The position numbers and the translations under genes were made by a program. DNA of 64,000 nucleotides from positions 160,001 through 224,000 of the forward strand of contig CAWCLO010000006.1 in assembly GCA_963796455.1 (NCBI GenBank). Reading direction: 5' to 3'. This document shows, piece after piece, positions 50,622-61,030 of this stretch; within the stretch, counting starts at the first letter, position 1, and every line of letters starts with the position of its first letter. The notes under the pieces are model-generated. The model searched no databases and was not told the DNA's origin. It was given only the letters and a program-made list of their open reading frames with translations. The stretch comes from Candidatus Sulfomarinibacteraceae bacterium (GTDB taxonomy: Bacteria > Acidobacteriota > Thermoanaerobaculia > Thermoanaerobaculales > Sulfomarinibacteraceae).

Positions 50622-51428
50622 TCAGGACTCGACAACTGTCCTTCTGGCCAACAACCCGTTGTATCGCTTTCTCACTTCATCCGGGCCATAGATCCGCTCG
50701 AGACGTCGAACCGTGAAGTGTCCTCGCGCCATGTCCTGGAAGTGGTCCATAAAGAGAACATTGATCCCCGCACCCCCGAGGGCGCCGACAAGAGGCACAC
50801 CCTGGACCATGATTTTTTCACCGACGACGGTGTTGAACCGGGCCGCGATCTGAGCCAGCAGACGAACGATGACCGGTGCGCCGTCTTCGATGACCGATCG
50901 CTGCGCGACGTATTTCGCGGCCTCGCTGACCGCCCGCGCAAGGGCCGCCCGGACAGCGAAATAACCCGATTCGGTGGCATCGTCTTCGTTCGACGAACCA
51001 CCCATGGCAAAGACCTCGAGACACGCCAGGCGCGCCGCTGGGTCAGTGAGATCTTCACCCTCGCTGCGGGCGACATCGGCGATGGACCGCAGGATGATCG
51101 TCGTGGTGATCGGCAACTCGACGGCAAGCGCCGCCAAACCGAAGGCGCCGCCAACTCCACCGACCAGGCCTGCCGCCGCCGTGTGGCTTTTCAACCACGG
51201 TCGCCGCCGCTTTCCGCTACCCAGGGTCAACGCCGCCGTGTTGACCGCCGCGGTCAGGGATTTGTGGACGGTCTTGGTGATCTTGTCGCTGGTGTTGGTC
51301 GGCAACTTGTCCAGGACATACTCGATCGGCGTCCCGACAAGATCAGAGGCCCTGGCGATAAAGCCCGGGTTTTCCAACAACTCGATCGCCGATTCCAGAT
51401 CTTCGAGGTCTTCGTATCGCCAGTCCAT
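50622..51428 (-). CDS. EcsC family protein
   Basis: LLENPG..G.PIE, GGVGGAFG..ELPITTTIILRSIADVARSEGED, ESGYFAVR, PLVGALGGAGIN..FMDHFQDMARGHFTVRRLERIYG. Confidence 0.9.
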   Translation of the reverse strand: MDWRYEDLEDLESAIELLENPGFIARASDLVGTPIEYVLDKLPTNTSDKITKTVHKSLTAAVNTAALTLGSGKRRRPWLKSHTAAAGLVGGVGGAFGLAALAVELPITTTIILRSIADVARSEGEDLTDPAARLACLEVFAMGGSSNEDDATESGYFAVRAALARAVSEAAKYVAQRSVIEDGAPVIVRLLAQIAARFNTVVGEKIMVQGVPLVGALGGAGINVLFMDHFQDMARGHFTVRRLERIYGPDEVRKRYNGLLARRTVVES

Positions 51429-51489
51429 TCATAGATCCTACCTGTCCCGACCCGAATCGTGTCCCACCGGGTCACGAAAACGGCAGCCC

Positions 51490-51555
51490 TTGACAGACAC
51501 GCCATCACGACTCATATTATGCAGAGTGTCGATATATCGAGAATCGATATATCGG
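51490..51555 (+). promoter_or_regulatory. Promoter plus tandem palindromic operator for the PadR operon
   Basis: TTGACA(51490)-17 nt-CATATT; then TCGATATATCGA (51529-51540) and TCGATATATCGG (51544-51555). Confidence 0.7.
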
Positions 51556-51578
51556 ATTTGAAACAGCACATCGAAACA

Positions 51579-51938
51579 ATGGAACGTTTGATGACACACG
51601 CCTTACTCGATCCGAAGAATCTGGCCCGAAGCTGCCACGAGGCGCTGATTCTAGCGACGCTGGCCGGTGGCCCGCGGCACGGCTATCAACTCGCGCTCGA
51701 GATCGAAGAGCACAGCGAGGGATCGTTTCGCTTCAACCACGGGACCCTTTATCCGATCCTCCACAAGATGGAGTCAAACGGTTTTCTCACCGGATCCTGG
51801 GCCGAACCCACCGGCAAACGCAAACGGCGCCAATACGAGCTGACCGCATCCGGTCGAGAGCGCCTCGAACAACTGCGCAAGGCATGGACGACCTATTTCG
51901 GCGCCCTTTTCAACGTCATCGGGAGGAGCCAATCGTGA
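51579..51938 (+). CDS. PadR family transcriptional regulator
   Basis: LILATL..GPRHGYQL..GTLYPILHKME..G.L..RRQYELTASGRERL; start 51579 or 51591. Confidence 0.93.
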   Translation: MERLMTHALLDPKNLARSCHEALILATLAGGPRHGYQLALEIEEHSEGSFRFNHGTLYPILHKMESNGFLTGSWAEPTGKRKRRQYELTASGRERLEQLRKAWTTYFGALFNVIGRSQS

Positions 51939-52666
51939 GTCGATTCAATCAATTCCTGCACCACACCGGGGAGCGCCTCACGCTTCCGAAGGCCACAAGA
52001 AGTCTGATCCTGGTCGAGATCGCATCGGATCTCGAGGATCTTTTCCAACACTATCTTCGCCAGGGCTCGAGCGAAGAAGAGGCCGCGGCCAAGGCCGAGG
52101 AAAAAGTGGACATGTCCGACGAGGCCTTGGCCGAATTGGTCCGGATCCACTCCGAAAGGCGCGGCTGGTCTGATCGTATTTCTCGTCGAGTACAGACACT
52201 TTGGGAGCGTATCGCGCTGAGTTTGATTGTCCTCTTCTTCCTTTTTCTTGCGAGCACCGGCAACGAGGTGAATCCCCTTCGGAACGCCAATGCATTTGCA
52301 TGGCCGATCGGCGTGACCCTGATCCTTCTCGTGATCGTCTTTATTTTCCAGATGGTGCGGTTCTCCGACAAGGTGAACCCACGCCGTCACCGCGAAGGCC
52401 TGGCGACGCTACTTTTTCTCGGCGCCGCAAGCTTGCTTATCGGGTTCCTCGGTGTGGGTATCGAATCTTACCGGACGCTGTTTCGAATGGCGGCCGACCC
52501 GGAAAAGGCAGGCGCGATGTTTTCCCGAGCAGTCATCGGAAATACCTCGACCCTGACGATCGCCCTTCTGGTCGCCCTGTGCGCCGGCGTCTGTTGGTTC
52601 GTTCTTGCCGGGAGGATCACCCGGCTCGAAGACAGAGCAACCAAAATGTACCTGGAGGTGAACTGA
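51935..52666 (+). CDS. Membrane protein: HAAS/permease-prefix-like N-terminus plus mini MotA/ExbB-like TM region
   Basis: GTGA overlap with padR; LILVEIASDLEDLFQHY..G.SEEEAAAKA; about 4 TM helices similar to the downstream gene. Confidence 0.75.
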   Translation: MSRFNQFLHHTGERLTLPKATRSLILVEIASDLEDLFQHYLRQGSSEEEAAAKAEEKVDMSDEALAELVRIHSERRGWSDRISRRVQTLWERIALSLIVLFFLFLASTGNEVNPLRNANAFAWPIGVTLILLVIVFIFQMVRFSDKVNPRRHREGLATLLFLGAASLLIGFLGVGIESYRTLFRMAADPEKAGAMFSRAVIGNTSTLTIALLVALCAGVCWFVLAGRITRLEDRATKMYLEVN

Positions 52667-53061
52667 TGTCACCGTTCATCCAGATCTTCATGCAGGGCGG
52701 GATTCTGATGTTTCCGCTGCTGCTCATCTCGTTGGTTCTCCTCGGAATCATCATTCGCGCCACATGGCACCTCCTGGTCGACGGCGGTACCGATACCGCC
52801 GCCGTTGAAAACTGTCTCGACGGGTTGCTTTTCTGGGGCAGTTTCGCAGTCATCATCGGGGTGCTCGGATCGGCCATCGGTTATCACCGGGCGATGTCCG
52901 CAATCACGGCCTATGGCGTCGTGAACCCGCGGGCAGTTTGGATCGGCACCGCCGAAGGGATGGTCTCCACCATCGCCGGGCTCCTCGTGGTGGTTATCGC
53001 CGGGATGGCATGGTTCTTACTGCGATGGCGATACCTCAGCCTCCGTCGGGTCGGAGTCTGA
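52666..53061 (+). CDS. Small MotA/TolQ/ExbB proton-channel-like protein
   Basis: TGATG overlap, GGAGG RBS; FMQGGILMFPLLL..LLFWGSFAVIIGVLGSAIG..G.AEGMVSTIAGL. Confidence 0.75.
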   Translation: MSPFIQIFMQGGILMFPLLLISLVLLGIIIRATWHLLVDGGTDTAAVENCLDGLLFWGSFAVIIGVLGSAIGYHRAMSAITAYGVVNPRAVWIGTAEGMVSTIAGLLVVVIAGMAWFLLRWRYLSLRRVGV

Positions 53062-53214
53062 GATCCGGCCAAAAATCGACCGCAGATATCCCGAAATGGG
53101 CACCTTCTCTCCCGAGACCGGGAGGTGACGGCCTCTGAACTCGTCAAACATCCGGGCACGCAGGTTGCACTCCATCGACCTGAGACGAGATTGCCGTTGA
53201 AAGGACTTCGGTTG

Positions 53215-54289
53215 ATGTACTTGTTCAAATGCTTGCTTTTTGTCATGGTCGTATTGGCTCTCACACCGTGCACAGCCTCCGCCGAGGCCGCACGATTCAG
53301 CGATGAAGTTCTGGCGGAGATCGCGGCAAAAATCAATCAGGCGCACGAGGCCGACGAGTTCTCCGGCGTCGTGCTGGTTGCGCAGGACGGTGAGGTGTTG
53401 CTGCAAATGGCAGTCGGTTTCGCTCGCCGCGAAACAAGGGTGCCGAACAACATCGAATTCCGCTACAACATCGGTTCCATCACCAAAGTATTCACACGGG
53501 TCCTGATCACCCAACTCGACTCGGAAGGCCGACTCGACCTCCACGACACGATCGCGCACCACCTCACCGATTATCCCGACCCCGAGATCGCCCAAAAGGT
53601 GACCATCCAGCACCTCCTCGACATGTCCTCCGGGCTCGGCGACATCTTTGGCGAACGTTACGACGCAACGCCCAAGGATGAAATCATGACCCTCACGGAC
53701 TACCTCGCGCTTTTCGCCGGCATACCACTCGAATTCGAGCCCGGCACCTCGAAACGTTACTCCAACGCCGGATATATCGTGCTCGGTCTGATCATCGAGA
53801 AACTGACCGGGTTGCCCTACCATCAGGCGGTTGCAGAACGGGTCTACAAACCGGCAGGAATGAAGTCCTCGGCGAGCTTGGCCAGGAACGGGCTCCCGGA
53901 AGACGCGGCCTTCGGCTACACCCGCGAGGGATGGATGTCGGCCATGGAGGGTGGAGAAGCACCGACCGGTGAATGGAGGGTCAACACTGACACCCTCCCC
54001 GGCCGGGGCAGCTCCGCCGGCGGCACCTACTCCACGGCGCGCGATTTGATGGCCTTCAACTACGCGGTCGAAAAAGGCAAGCTCGGCGATGCAAGCTATT
54101 TTCGTAAGTGCGGCGGGATGCGGATTTGCCGGCGGCGCACAAGGAATCAACGCCACCCTCCTGTCCAACTGGGACACCGGCTGGACAGTCGTCACCCTTG
54201 CCAACCTCGATCCACCCTCGGCCATGACCCTCGCGCGCTCCATAAGCGAGATCCTCGAGCCGCCGGCCGATACCGAATCGGCGCAGTGA
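53215..54289 (+). CDS. Serine hydrolase (beta-lactamase-like S12); frameshift at ~54110
   Basis: Signal peptide; YNIGSITK, LLDMSSG, YSNAGY, GGTYSTARDL | AGGAQGINA..WTVVTLANLDPP. Confidence 0.88.
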
Positions 54290-54517
54290 ACATCCCACCG
54301 ATCCCGGCAGCGCTTGAGTTCTCGACCAAAGGGTTGAGTTCCCGAACCTGAACCTGCAAACAGCTTCCGATTTCAGTTTCGATGAGGCCGATAACTGGCC
54401 GTCACACCTCGAAATCTCCTGATCGATTCTTTGTCTCATTTCACCTATTTCAAATGTTATACTTGCTATAAGTGACATAGACGTCGCTCAACCGCCACCA
54501 CGCTTCCTTGGAGCACC

Positions 54518-55078
54518 ATGACCGCAAAATCCCAGGATTCCGTCATCGTCGAGAGCACGCGCTACGACCTCTGTGGTGTGCACGGAGAAGGCCTTTTCGA
54601 GCCCCGCTATTACGACATCGAGACCGAGCCGCCGACCAGGGCCTGCTCGCGCGGCTATGCCTGCGGATACGCAATCAGGGAGAAGCAGCTCTTCCTCACC
54701 GAGCTCGAGATCTGGTCGGACCCCTCGCTCTGGAATCACTACCGGCGCCGAATCGCCGAGATTTTCGGCGCCTCCGTCGCCCTTGCCGGCGACCATCCAT
54801 TGATCGACGTGCGACAACTCACTTTTCCGGTGCCATTCACCGGCGGTCTCTATCTCGGCAGGGGTTTCATGGAAGAGACCCACACTCACATCGGGACCCA
54901 CCCGGCCCACACCTATCGCGAAGTCATCGAGCTCACCTTCGAGTCCGGGAATCTCCTGGCTTCCGCCAACAGATCCTTCGAGATGGCCGAGGTTCGCCTC
55001 CGCCAGAGCTTTGGCGAGGAGCACCGCAGAAGGCAACTTGCCAGATGGATCGACGATTCTTTTTGGACGACCTCCTGA
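54518..55078 (+). CDS. Hypothetical protein
   Basis: GGAG RBS; MTA..D..GLFEP..TRACSRGY..Y.I..KQLFL..FTGGLYLG.GF..ELTFESG pattern recalled from a conserved uncharacterised family. Confidence 0.65.
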   Translation: MTAKSQDSVIVESTRYDLCGVHGEGLFEPRYYDIETEPPTRACSRGYACGYAIREKQLFLTELEIWSDPSLWNHYRRRIAEIFGASVALAGDHPLIDVRQLTFPVPFTGGLYLGRGFMEETHTHIGTHPAHTYREVIELTFESGNLLASANRSFEMAEVRLRQSFGEEHRRRQLARWIDDSFWTTS

Positions 55079-55149
55079 GCCCATCCGTTGCAACCTGAAG
55101 CTACGGAACGAGGCCGCGGCCTGTTCAACCCCACCGTCAAGGCCTTCAG

Positions 55150-56738
55150 CTATCGAGCAAGAGGTGGCGTCGATCGAGGCGCTCGTCGATGGTGGGTCGC
55201 CTGCTCGTAAGCGTATGCCAGGGCGATGAGGCGGGCTTCCGACCAGGCATCGCCAAAGAACTGAAGACCAACCGGAAGCTCCCCACTCACCCATCCCATG
55301 GGCACCGTGATCGCAGGGAAGCCTGTACCGGGAGAGAGATCCTGGCTGTTGTCACCATGGGGCGTATTGAGGTCACCTATCAGCCGCGGGGGATTGCTCC
55401 ACGTGGGATAGACCATGGCATCGAGACGATGCACTTCGAACTGATGACGGACGGCAGCGCGCAGCAATTCCCGATTCGCCAGAGATTGGATACAGCCGGG
55501 GTTGGTCTCCGGAGGCTCTGCGACCGCCTGGCCCCGCTCCATGCGTGGTCTGATTTGAGGATGGAATTTCCGCGAGGCGATAATTTCTTCCAGCGTTTGT
55601 ATAGGGCGCCGCCGAACCGAGGCTGGCCAGATACTTATTGAGGTCCCATTTGAAACGTGAGCACCAGAGACCACTTTCTCTGAGGGCTTCCATTTCCGGA
55701 ATCATCACCGGATCGACGATGATCGCGCCGGCGCTTCTCCAGATCAACGAGCGCCTCTTCGAAGCGTGCGATCACCTCGAGGTCGGCGCCGTCACGATTC
55801 GACCACTGCCGCATGACCCCGATACGTGCCCCCCGCAGGGCATCGGCATCGAGAAACTCCGCATAGTCTGCTGCACGGTGCGCGGTGGCCGCGGCCGTCA
55901 CCGGGTCGGCGGGATCGTGACCGGCGATGACGTCGAAAACAGCCACCGCGTCGGCAACCGTCCGCGCCATCGGTCCACCGATGTCGTGGTCGAAGTACAG
56001 CGGCACGATACCGTCGCGGCTCGTGAGCCCCATGGTCGACCGGATCCCGACCAGGGCGGTATGTGAGGACGGACCGCGGATCGAATTGCCGGTGTCGGTC
56101 CCGAGCCCGACCGCTCCCAGACTGGCGGCGACGGAGGCCGCCGTACCGCCGCTTGAACCGGCGGGTACGCGATTGAGCGCATAAGGATTCCGGGTGTGTC
56201 CGGGCAGTACCGAACCAACAGTTTCATAGGGCGTGAATGCAAACTCCGCCATGTTGGATTTGGCGAGAACAATCGCACCAGCCTCACGCAGCCGTCGCAC
56301 TTGGAAAGCATCATCCGGTGGTCTGGAACCGGCCAGGGAAAGAGACGCCGCGGTGGTCGGTAGATCGCCAGTGTCGTAGTTGTCTTTGACGATCACGGGA
56401 ATTCCATGCAACGGCCCGATCATCCCCTTGGTTGCGAACACCTGGTCGAGTTCCTCCGCCCGGGCAAGAGCGTTGGGATTGATCGTGATGATGGCGTTGA
56501 TCGAGGGCCCCTGCTTGTCGTAGGCCTCAATTCGGTCGAGGTAGAGCTGCACCAGCTCCTCTGCAGTCAGTTTCCCCGCCGACATGGCGTCATGGATATC
56601 CGAGATGGATGCCTCGACCACCTCGAAGCTCGGTCTCGCTCGTTGGCCCCCATCCGTGTCCGAGGTCTGTGCCTTCGCTTGATTCAAACCGCCGATGAAC
56701 ACCACGACACCCAAAAATGCAACCAGTGTTGGACGCAT
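55150..56738 (-). CDS. Amidase-signature family protein, exported; 2 frameshifts (~55740, ~55600)
   Basis: [34 protein letters not shown]-terminal [25 protein letters not shown]. Confidence 0.9.
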
Positions 56739-57211
56739 CAGCCGCTCCCCTCCAGTTTGGTGGAAGAAGGGTACCAGCATGCTTTCGTTCCACGATGAAA
56801 CTAATTCGCAGGTTTTCGGCGTATGCATTTCTTCTTGCTCTCGCCGCGGGCGCCTCGACACCAAGCGATTTTGAGCAGGAACCCACCCATCGGCCTGGAA
56901 ACGTTTCCAGGCCGGTTTTCTGAAAATCGTTCCCATGGAGAGCGAGCTCTCGTCTCGATCAACCGAATTCTCTCTTCACAGCTCGATTCCAGATCTGATA
57001 TGATCCCGCCGTTACAAGAATAGACAGAAAAAGGGACGGCCGCCGTTGGTATGTTCTCAGCAAACGGGTATTTATCGGAGCCAATTCAAGGCTCGGCGAA
57101 AGCTGTGTTCACGAAGGGAGGTCCGGGCCGCTACCGGGCGGCGAAGGCAGCGCTTGAGTACGGAAAAAAGCTGTTGAGTTTCAATCATTTATTACTTTGA
57201 AGGAGGGTGAG

Positions 57212-59521
57212 ATGAAGAAAGCAACCTTTGGCGTGATCATCGGACTGTTGATCGCCGGACTGTGGGCGCCGCCCGTGGTTGAGGCGGCCGACGAAGGAGG
57301 AATGAGAGACGTCATCATTCAAACCGACGGTTCATCCGAAAAGCTGTTGGAATATATCCGGTCGGTCGGCGGTGAGGTCACGATCCGCTACCGCAACGTG
57401 AACGCATTCGCGGCAAGGGTTCCGGTCGAGGCACTCGCCAAGGTCGCAACACTCGAGGGTGTCGACCGGGTCAGCAAAGACCGGATGATGTATATGACCG
57501 ACACCGTTGCGGGTGGCAAGAATTCTTCCAACCCCGAGTCCTACGTCGTCGAAGACTCGGTCGGCCTCGTCATAGGCCCGGGCGATCTCGATTTCACCGA
57601 ACCTTTTGTGGTTCCGGACGGCTATGCCAATTTCGTCCTCACCGGGGCGATGAAAATCTGGCCCGATACTTTCGCCGGTGAGGGTTCGATCGTGGCAGTG
57701 GTCGACTCCGGGGTCGCGCCCAATGCCTGCCTGCAACACGCCGTCGTCGGTGCACCCGGGTTTCCGGACGGCTACAACGCCACCGCTGATGGCGTGCCCG
57801 CAACCAGCCCAACCAATTTCTGGCACGGGACCCATGTTGCCGGCGTGATTTCATCGGCCTGCGCCCTGGACTATTCCGCAACCCCCGATGCCGAAATTTA
57901 CAAGGCCCAGGAGCCCTTCCTCGGTTGGCCTGTGGATTTCGTTCCGATCTACGGCCAGGCGCCAGGCGCCCAGATCTATCCCGTCAAGGTTTTCCCGGAA
58001 AGTGGAGCCGGTTCTCCGACATCGGTCATCCTCGACGGTCTCGATCACATCCTCACTCTGAAGAAGTCCGGAGAGATGGACATCGACATCATCAACATGA
58101 GCCTCGGTGGTCCGACCGGGTGGGACGCCCGTGATCCCTACGACAGATTCATGAGTAAACTCAGACGTGCCGGCATGATCGTGATCACATCTTCGGGCAA
58201 CTCCGGACCGGTTCCCAACACCGTCGGTTCGCCGGGTACCGCCTTGGCCACCCTCTCGGTGGCTGCACTGGACTACGCCGAGAGCTCACGGACATTTTAT
58301 GAGTGGCTCGGGCTGGCACGCTGGCCCCTGGCCCCGGGGATGGGTCTGATCATGCGACCCACCGACGAAGTCAGGATTTCGAACTTCTCTTCCCGCGGGC
58401 CCCTGAGCGATGGCACTCTGGGAAGCGAAATCGCCGCGTTGGGAAGCTGGAATTTCCACGTCGGACCGCAAAACGAATTGCGGTGGGCAGGCGGCACATC
58501 TTTTGCCGCGCCGACGGTGGCGGGTGTCGCGGCACTTCTCAATGCTTGGTGGGAGGCTGAAGGCCACAAAACCGATCCCTGGACCATCGAAGACACCCTG
58601 TTGTTTTCCGCCAATCCGGATCTCGTGGGAGACCCGTGGAAGGACGTCAATGCCCAGGGATTCGGCGTGCTCGATGCGGTAGCGGCCTTCGAAATGCTGA
58701 TTTCGGGAGAATGCATCTGGAAAGACTACCCCTACCCGGGCCCCCTGCACTCGAACGTTTTGGGCTGGGCGAACAAGGGCCAGACCCAGGTCTGGGAGAG
58801 CGACACCATCACCATCGGTCCGAACGAGCCTTTTGACGCGGTTTTTGACATCGGTATATACACCAGCAATGTCTTGATCGAAGTTTTCGACGTCGTGACT
58901 CCAGACAATTCCTCCTATGCCTACTGGGGCAATGCGCTCGAGATCCACGTCCAGAGCGCCAAACGAACCACCTATGAGCACGCGATCGACGGCATATTCT
59001 GGTACACCTCTATCTACGGAGATGCGTTCGACATCGTCATCGACGACGGGTCATGGACTTTCTGGGATATCCCGTGGGCCGAGCAGCCAATGGAGCCTGG
59101 GTTGATGAAACTCAGCATGATCGGCGACTCGTCGAACGAAGAGGCGGTCAGCTTCAAGGTGCGCATCACCAGGGAAAATGATCGTATGCCCTGGAAACGC
59201 GATCGCATCACCAGGCAGAAAATCAATCAGGACGACTCGATCCTCATTCCGGTCGAGATTCCGGACGGCGTGGCCAAAGCGACCTTCGATCTCGAGTGGA
59301 ACCGAAACTGGAGCAGGTTCCCGACCAACGATCTCGACATGTACGTCTTTGATCCGGATGGAGCGTTGGTTTCCTTTGATGCCGCAACCGCCAATTCGCC
59401 CGAGCGCGAGGTCGTCGAAAACCCGATGGCCGGCATGTGGTACGTACAGGTCGACGGATACGAGGTCTTCAAAAAGGACAGATTCTCCGTGTATCTGACA
59501 ACGGAGGAAATCGCCCCCTGA
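57212..59521 (+). CDS. Subtilisin-like S8 serine protease with I9-like propeptide and C-terminal PPC-like domain
   Basis: VVDSG, HGTHVAG, SSGNSG, FSSRGP, GTSFAAP catalytic motifs; NDLDMYVFDPDG..NSPERE..GMWYVQV. Confidence 0.94.
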   Translation: MKKATFGVIIGLLIAGLWAPPVVEAADEGGMRDVIIQTDGSSEKLLEYIRSVGGEVTIRYRNVNAFAARVPVEALAKVATLEGVDRVSKDRMMYMTDTVAGGKNSSNPESYVVEDSVGLVIGPGDLDFTEPFVVPDGYANFVLTGAMKIWPDTFAGEGSIVAVVDSGVAPNACLQHAVVGAPGFPDGYNATADGVPATSPTNFWHGTHVAGVISSACALDYSATPDAEIYKAQEPFLGWPVDFVPIYGQAPGAQIYPVKVFPESGAGSPTSVILDGLDHILTLKKSGEMDIDIINMSLGGPTGWDARDPYDRFMSKLRRAGMIVITSSGNSGPVPNTVGSPGTALATLSVAALDYAESSRTFYEWLGLARWPLAPGMGLIMRPTDEVRISNFSSRGPLSDGTLGSEIAALGSWNFHVGPQNELRWAGGTSFAAPTVAGVAALLNAWWEAEGHKTDPWTIEDTLLFSANPDLVGDPWKDVNAQGFGVLDAVAAFEMLISGECIWKDYPYPGPLHSNVLGWANKGQTQVWESDTITIGPNEPFDAVFDIGIYTSNVLIEVFDVVTPDNSSYAYWGNALEIHVQSAKRTTYEHAIDGIFWYTSIYGDAFDIVIDDGSWTFWDIPWAEQPMEPGLMKLSMIGDSSNEEAVSFKVRITRENDRMPWKRDRITRQKINQDDSILIPVEIPDGVAKATFDLEWNRNWSRFPTNDLDMYVFDPDGALVSFDAATANSPEREVVENPMAGMWYVQVDGYEVFKKDRFSVYLTTEEIAP

Positions 59522-59541
59522 GCTGATTTGAGCAATAACCC

Positions 59542-59574
59542 AAGGGGAGAGCCTTTGGCTCTCCCCTTTTTTTT
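59542..59574 (+). terminator. Rho-independent terminator
   Basis: AAGGGGAGAGCC-TTT-GGCTCTCCCCTT followed by a T run. Confidence 0.88.
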
Positions 59575-59747
59575 CTTTCTTCGGGGATCCCAATGAACGG
59601 CGAGAGTCGCCGTCGACCGATGCTCCTGAATCGGCTCTGGAAACCGACAGCATGTACTGACGTAACTCATGTGGTAGATACCTGGAAACAGACTTGTCTC
59701 AATCAGAGAAGGACTCTGTTCGACGGGAAACAGGACCTGGAGGCCGT

Positions 59748-60797
59748 ATGAAGCCGCATACCGTGTCATTTGTCTTGACTCTTTTGCTCGCAACTGGTCC
59801 CGCCCTCTCTCAGGAACAGATGGAGCCGCCCTACCGTCTCACCCATCCAGCCGATCGCATCAGCTGCTTGAGCCCCGGTCTCGAGACCTCGCCGATCACG
59901 ATCTGCGTCATCGAGACCAATAAGGGCCTGATCGTGGTCGACACGGGTCTCTCGCCCTCCATGGCCGTGCGCACCCGCGCCCGCATCAGCAGCGAGATCG
60001 GCCGCGACGACATCCACTGGGTGATCAACACCCACAGCCACTTCGATCACACCGGCGGCAACCAGGTCTTTTCAGACGCCACAATCATCGGCCATGAAAA
60101 TGTGCCTGCAGCCATGCAGGCTTTCTACGACGGCCGCGAAGCGTGGATCGAGCGCCGCTATCAGTTTCTGGCACGGCACGAGGCCGGGTCCTCGGATGCA
60201 CCGCCCGATTCCCAGCAGGCAAAATCACTCGAAGAACGCCTGTTCTTCAACCACGAACTCATCGAAGATCTTCGCGACGGATATCTCCCCACAACGCCCG
60301 CCATTACCTTTTCCGATCGACTGACTCTCAAAGCAGGAGACCTCGAACTCGTTCTGATCTGGATGGGCAGGGCCCACACCGACAGCGATATCCTTATCCA
60401 CATTCCCACCCTTGGGGTTCTTTTCACCGGCGACCTCTTCCACGACAAGACGTTGGGCACGGCTTATTACACCAGTCCTCTCGACATCGATCGTTGGCTC
60501 AGTGCCCTCGATTCGGTCCTCGAGGATGGCGACATCGATGTGGTGATCGGAGGCCACGGTCTGATCTTCACACCCGAGTGGATTGCCGCTCAGAGGCGTT
60601 ACCTCGGCGAGGTGTGGCAGGCGGTCCGCGAAGCCAAGGCTTCGGGCACCAGTTTCGCCAAACTCACCGAAGGACTGCCATTTGACGATCGCTTTGCCTA
60701 CATCCAAGACGAACTCGGTGTTCCGGCCGAAGAACTCGCCGCCCGGCACGCCGAAATCCTGCAGGATTTCTGGCGAATCGGCCGCGTCACGCAATAA
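59748..60797 (+). CDS. Exported MBL-fold metallo-hydrolase
   Basis: VVDTG, THSHFDH, AHTDSD, FTGD, GGHG; signal peptide; GGAGG RBS. Confidence 0.92.
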   Translation: MKPHTVSFVLTLLLATGPALSQEQMEPPYRLTHPADRISCLSPGLETSPITICVIETNKGLIVVDTGLSPSMAVRTRARISSEIGRDDIHWVINTHSHFDHTGGNQVFSDATIIGHENVPAAMQAFYDGREAWIERRYQFLARHEAGSSDAPPDSQQAKSLEERLFFNHELIEDLRDGYLPTTPAITFSDRLTLKAGDLELVLIWMGRAHTDSDILIHIPTLGVLFTGDLFHDKTLGTAYYTSPLDIDRWLSALDSVLEDGDIDVVIGGHGLIFTPEWIAAQRRYLGEVWQAVREAKASGTSFAKLTEGLPFDDRFAYIQDELGVPAEELAARHAEILQDFWRIGRVTQ

Positions 60798-61030
60798 ACC
60801 AGATTCTCGCCCCCCAGGTTCGTTGATTCTGGAGAGGTGGTGACGGGGTCGGCAGACCTCGTGAGAAACACCAAAAATCCCGTTCTGGGACACCAAACGC
60901 GCCCCTGGCCTCCCCCAGACCGTCCATAGATACGAACTCTGTCGCAATTTCAGCTTGAATCCTGGCATTCATCTTGCCATTTGAACAAAGGGACACAACA
61001 AAGAGGATCACTCCAAGGGGGGAATTCGCC

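Noticed and set aside
54453..54480. Operator-like AT-rich imperfect palindrome upstream of 54518
   Set aside because: Symmetry too weak and no adjacent regulator; probably just promoter sequence
56940..57211. Structured RNA or riboswitch in the S8 protease leader (also 3115-3320)
   Set aside because: Long leaders with weak stems only; no recognisable family consensus
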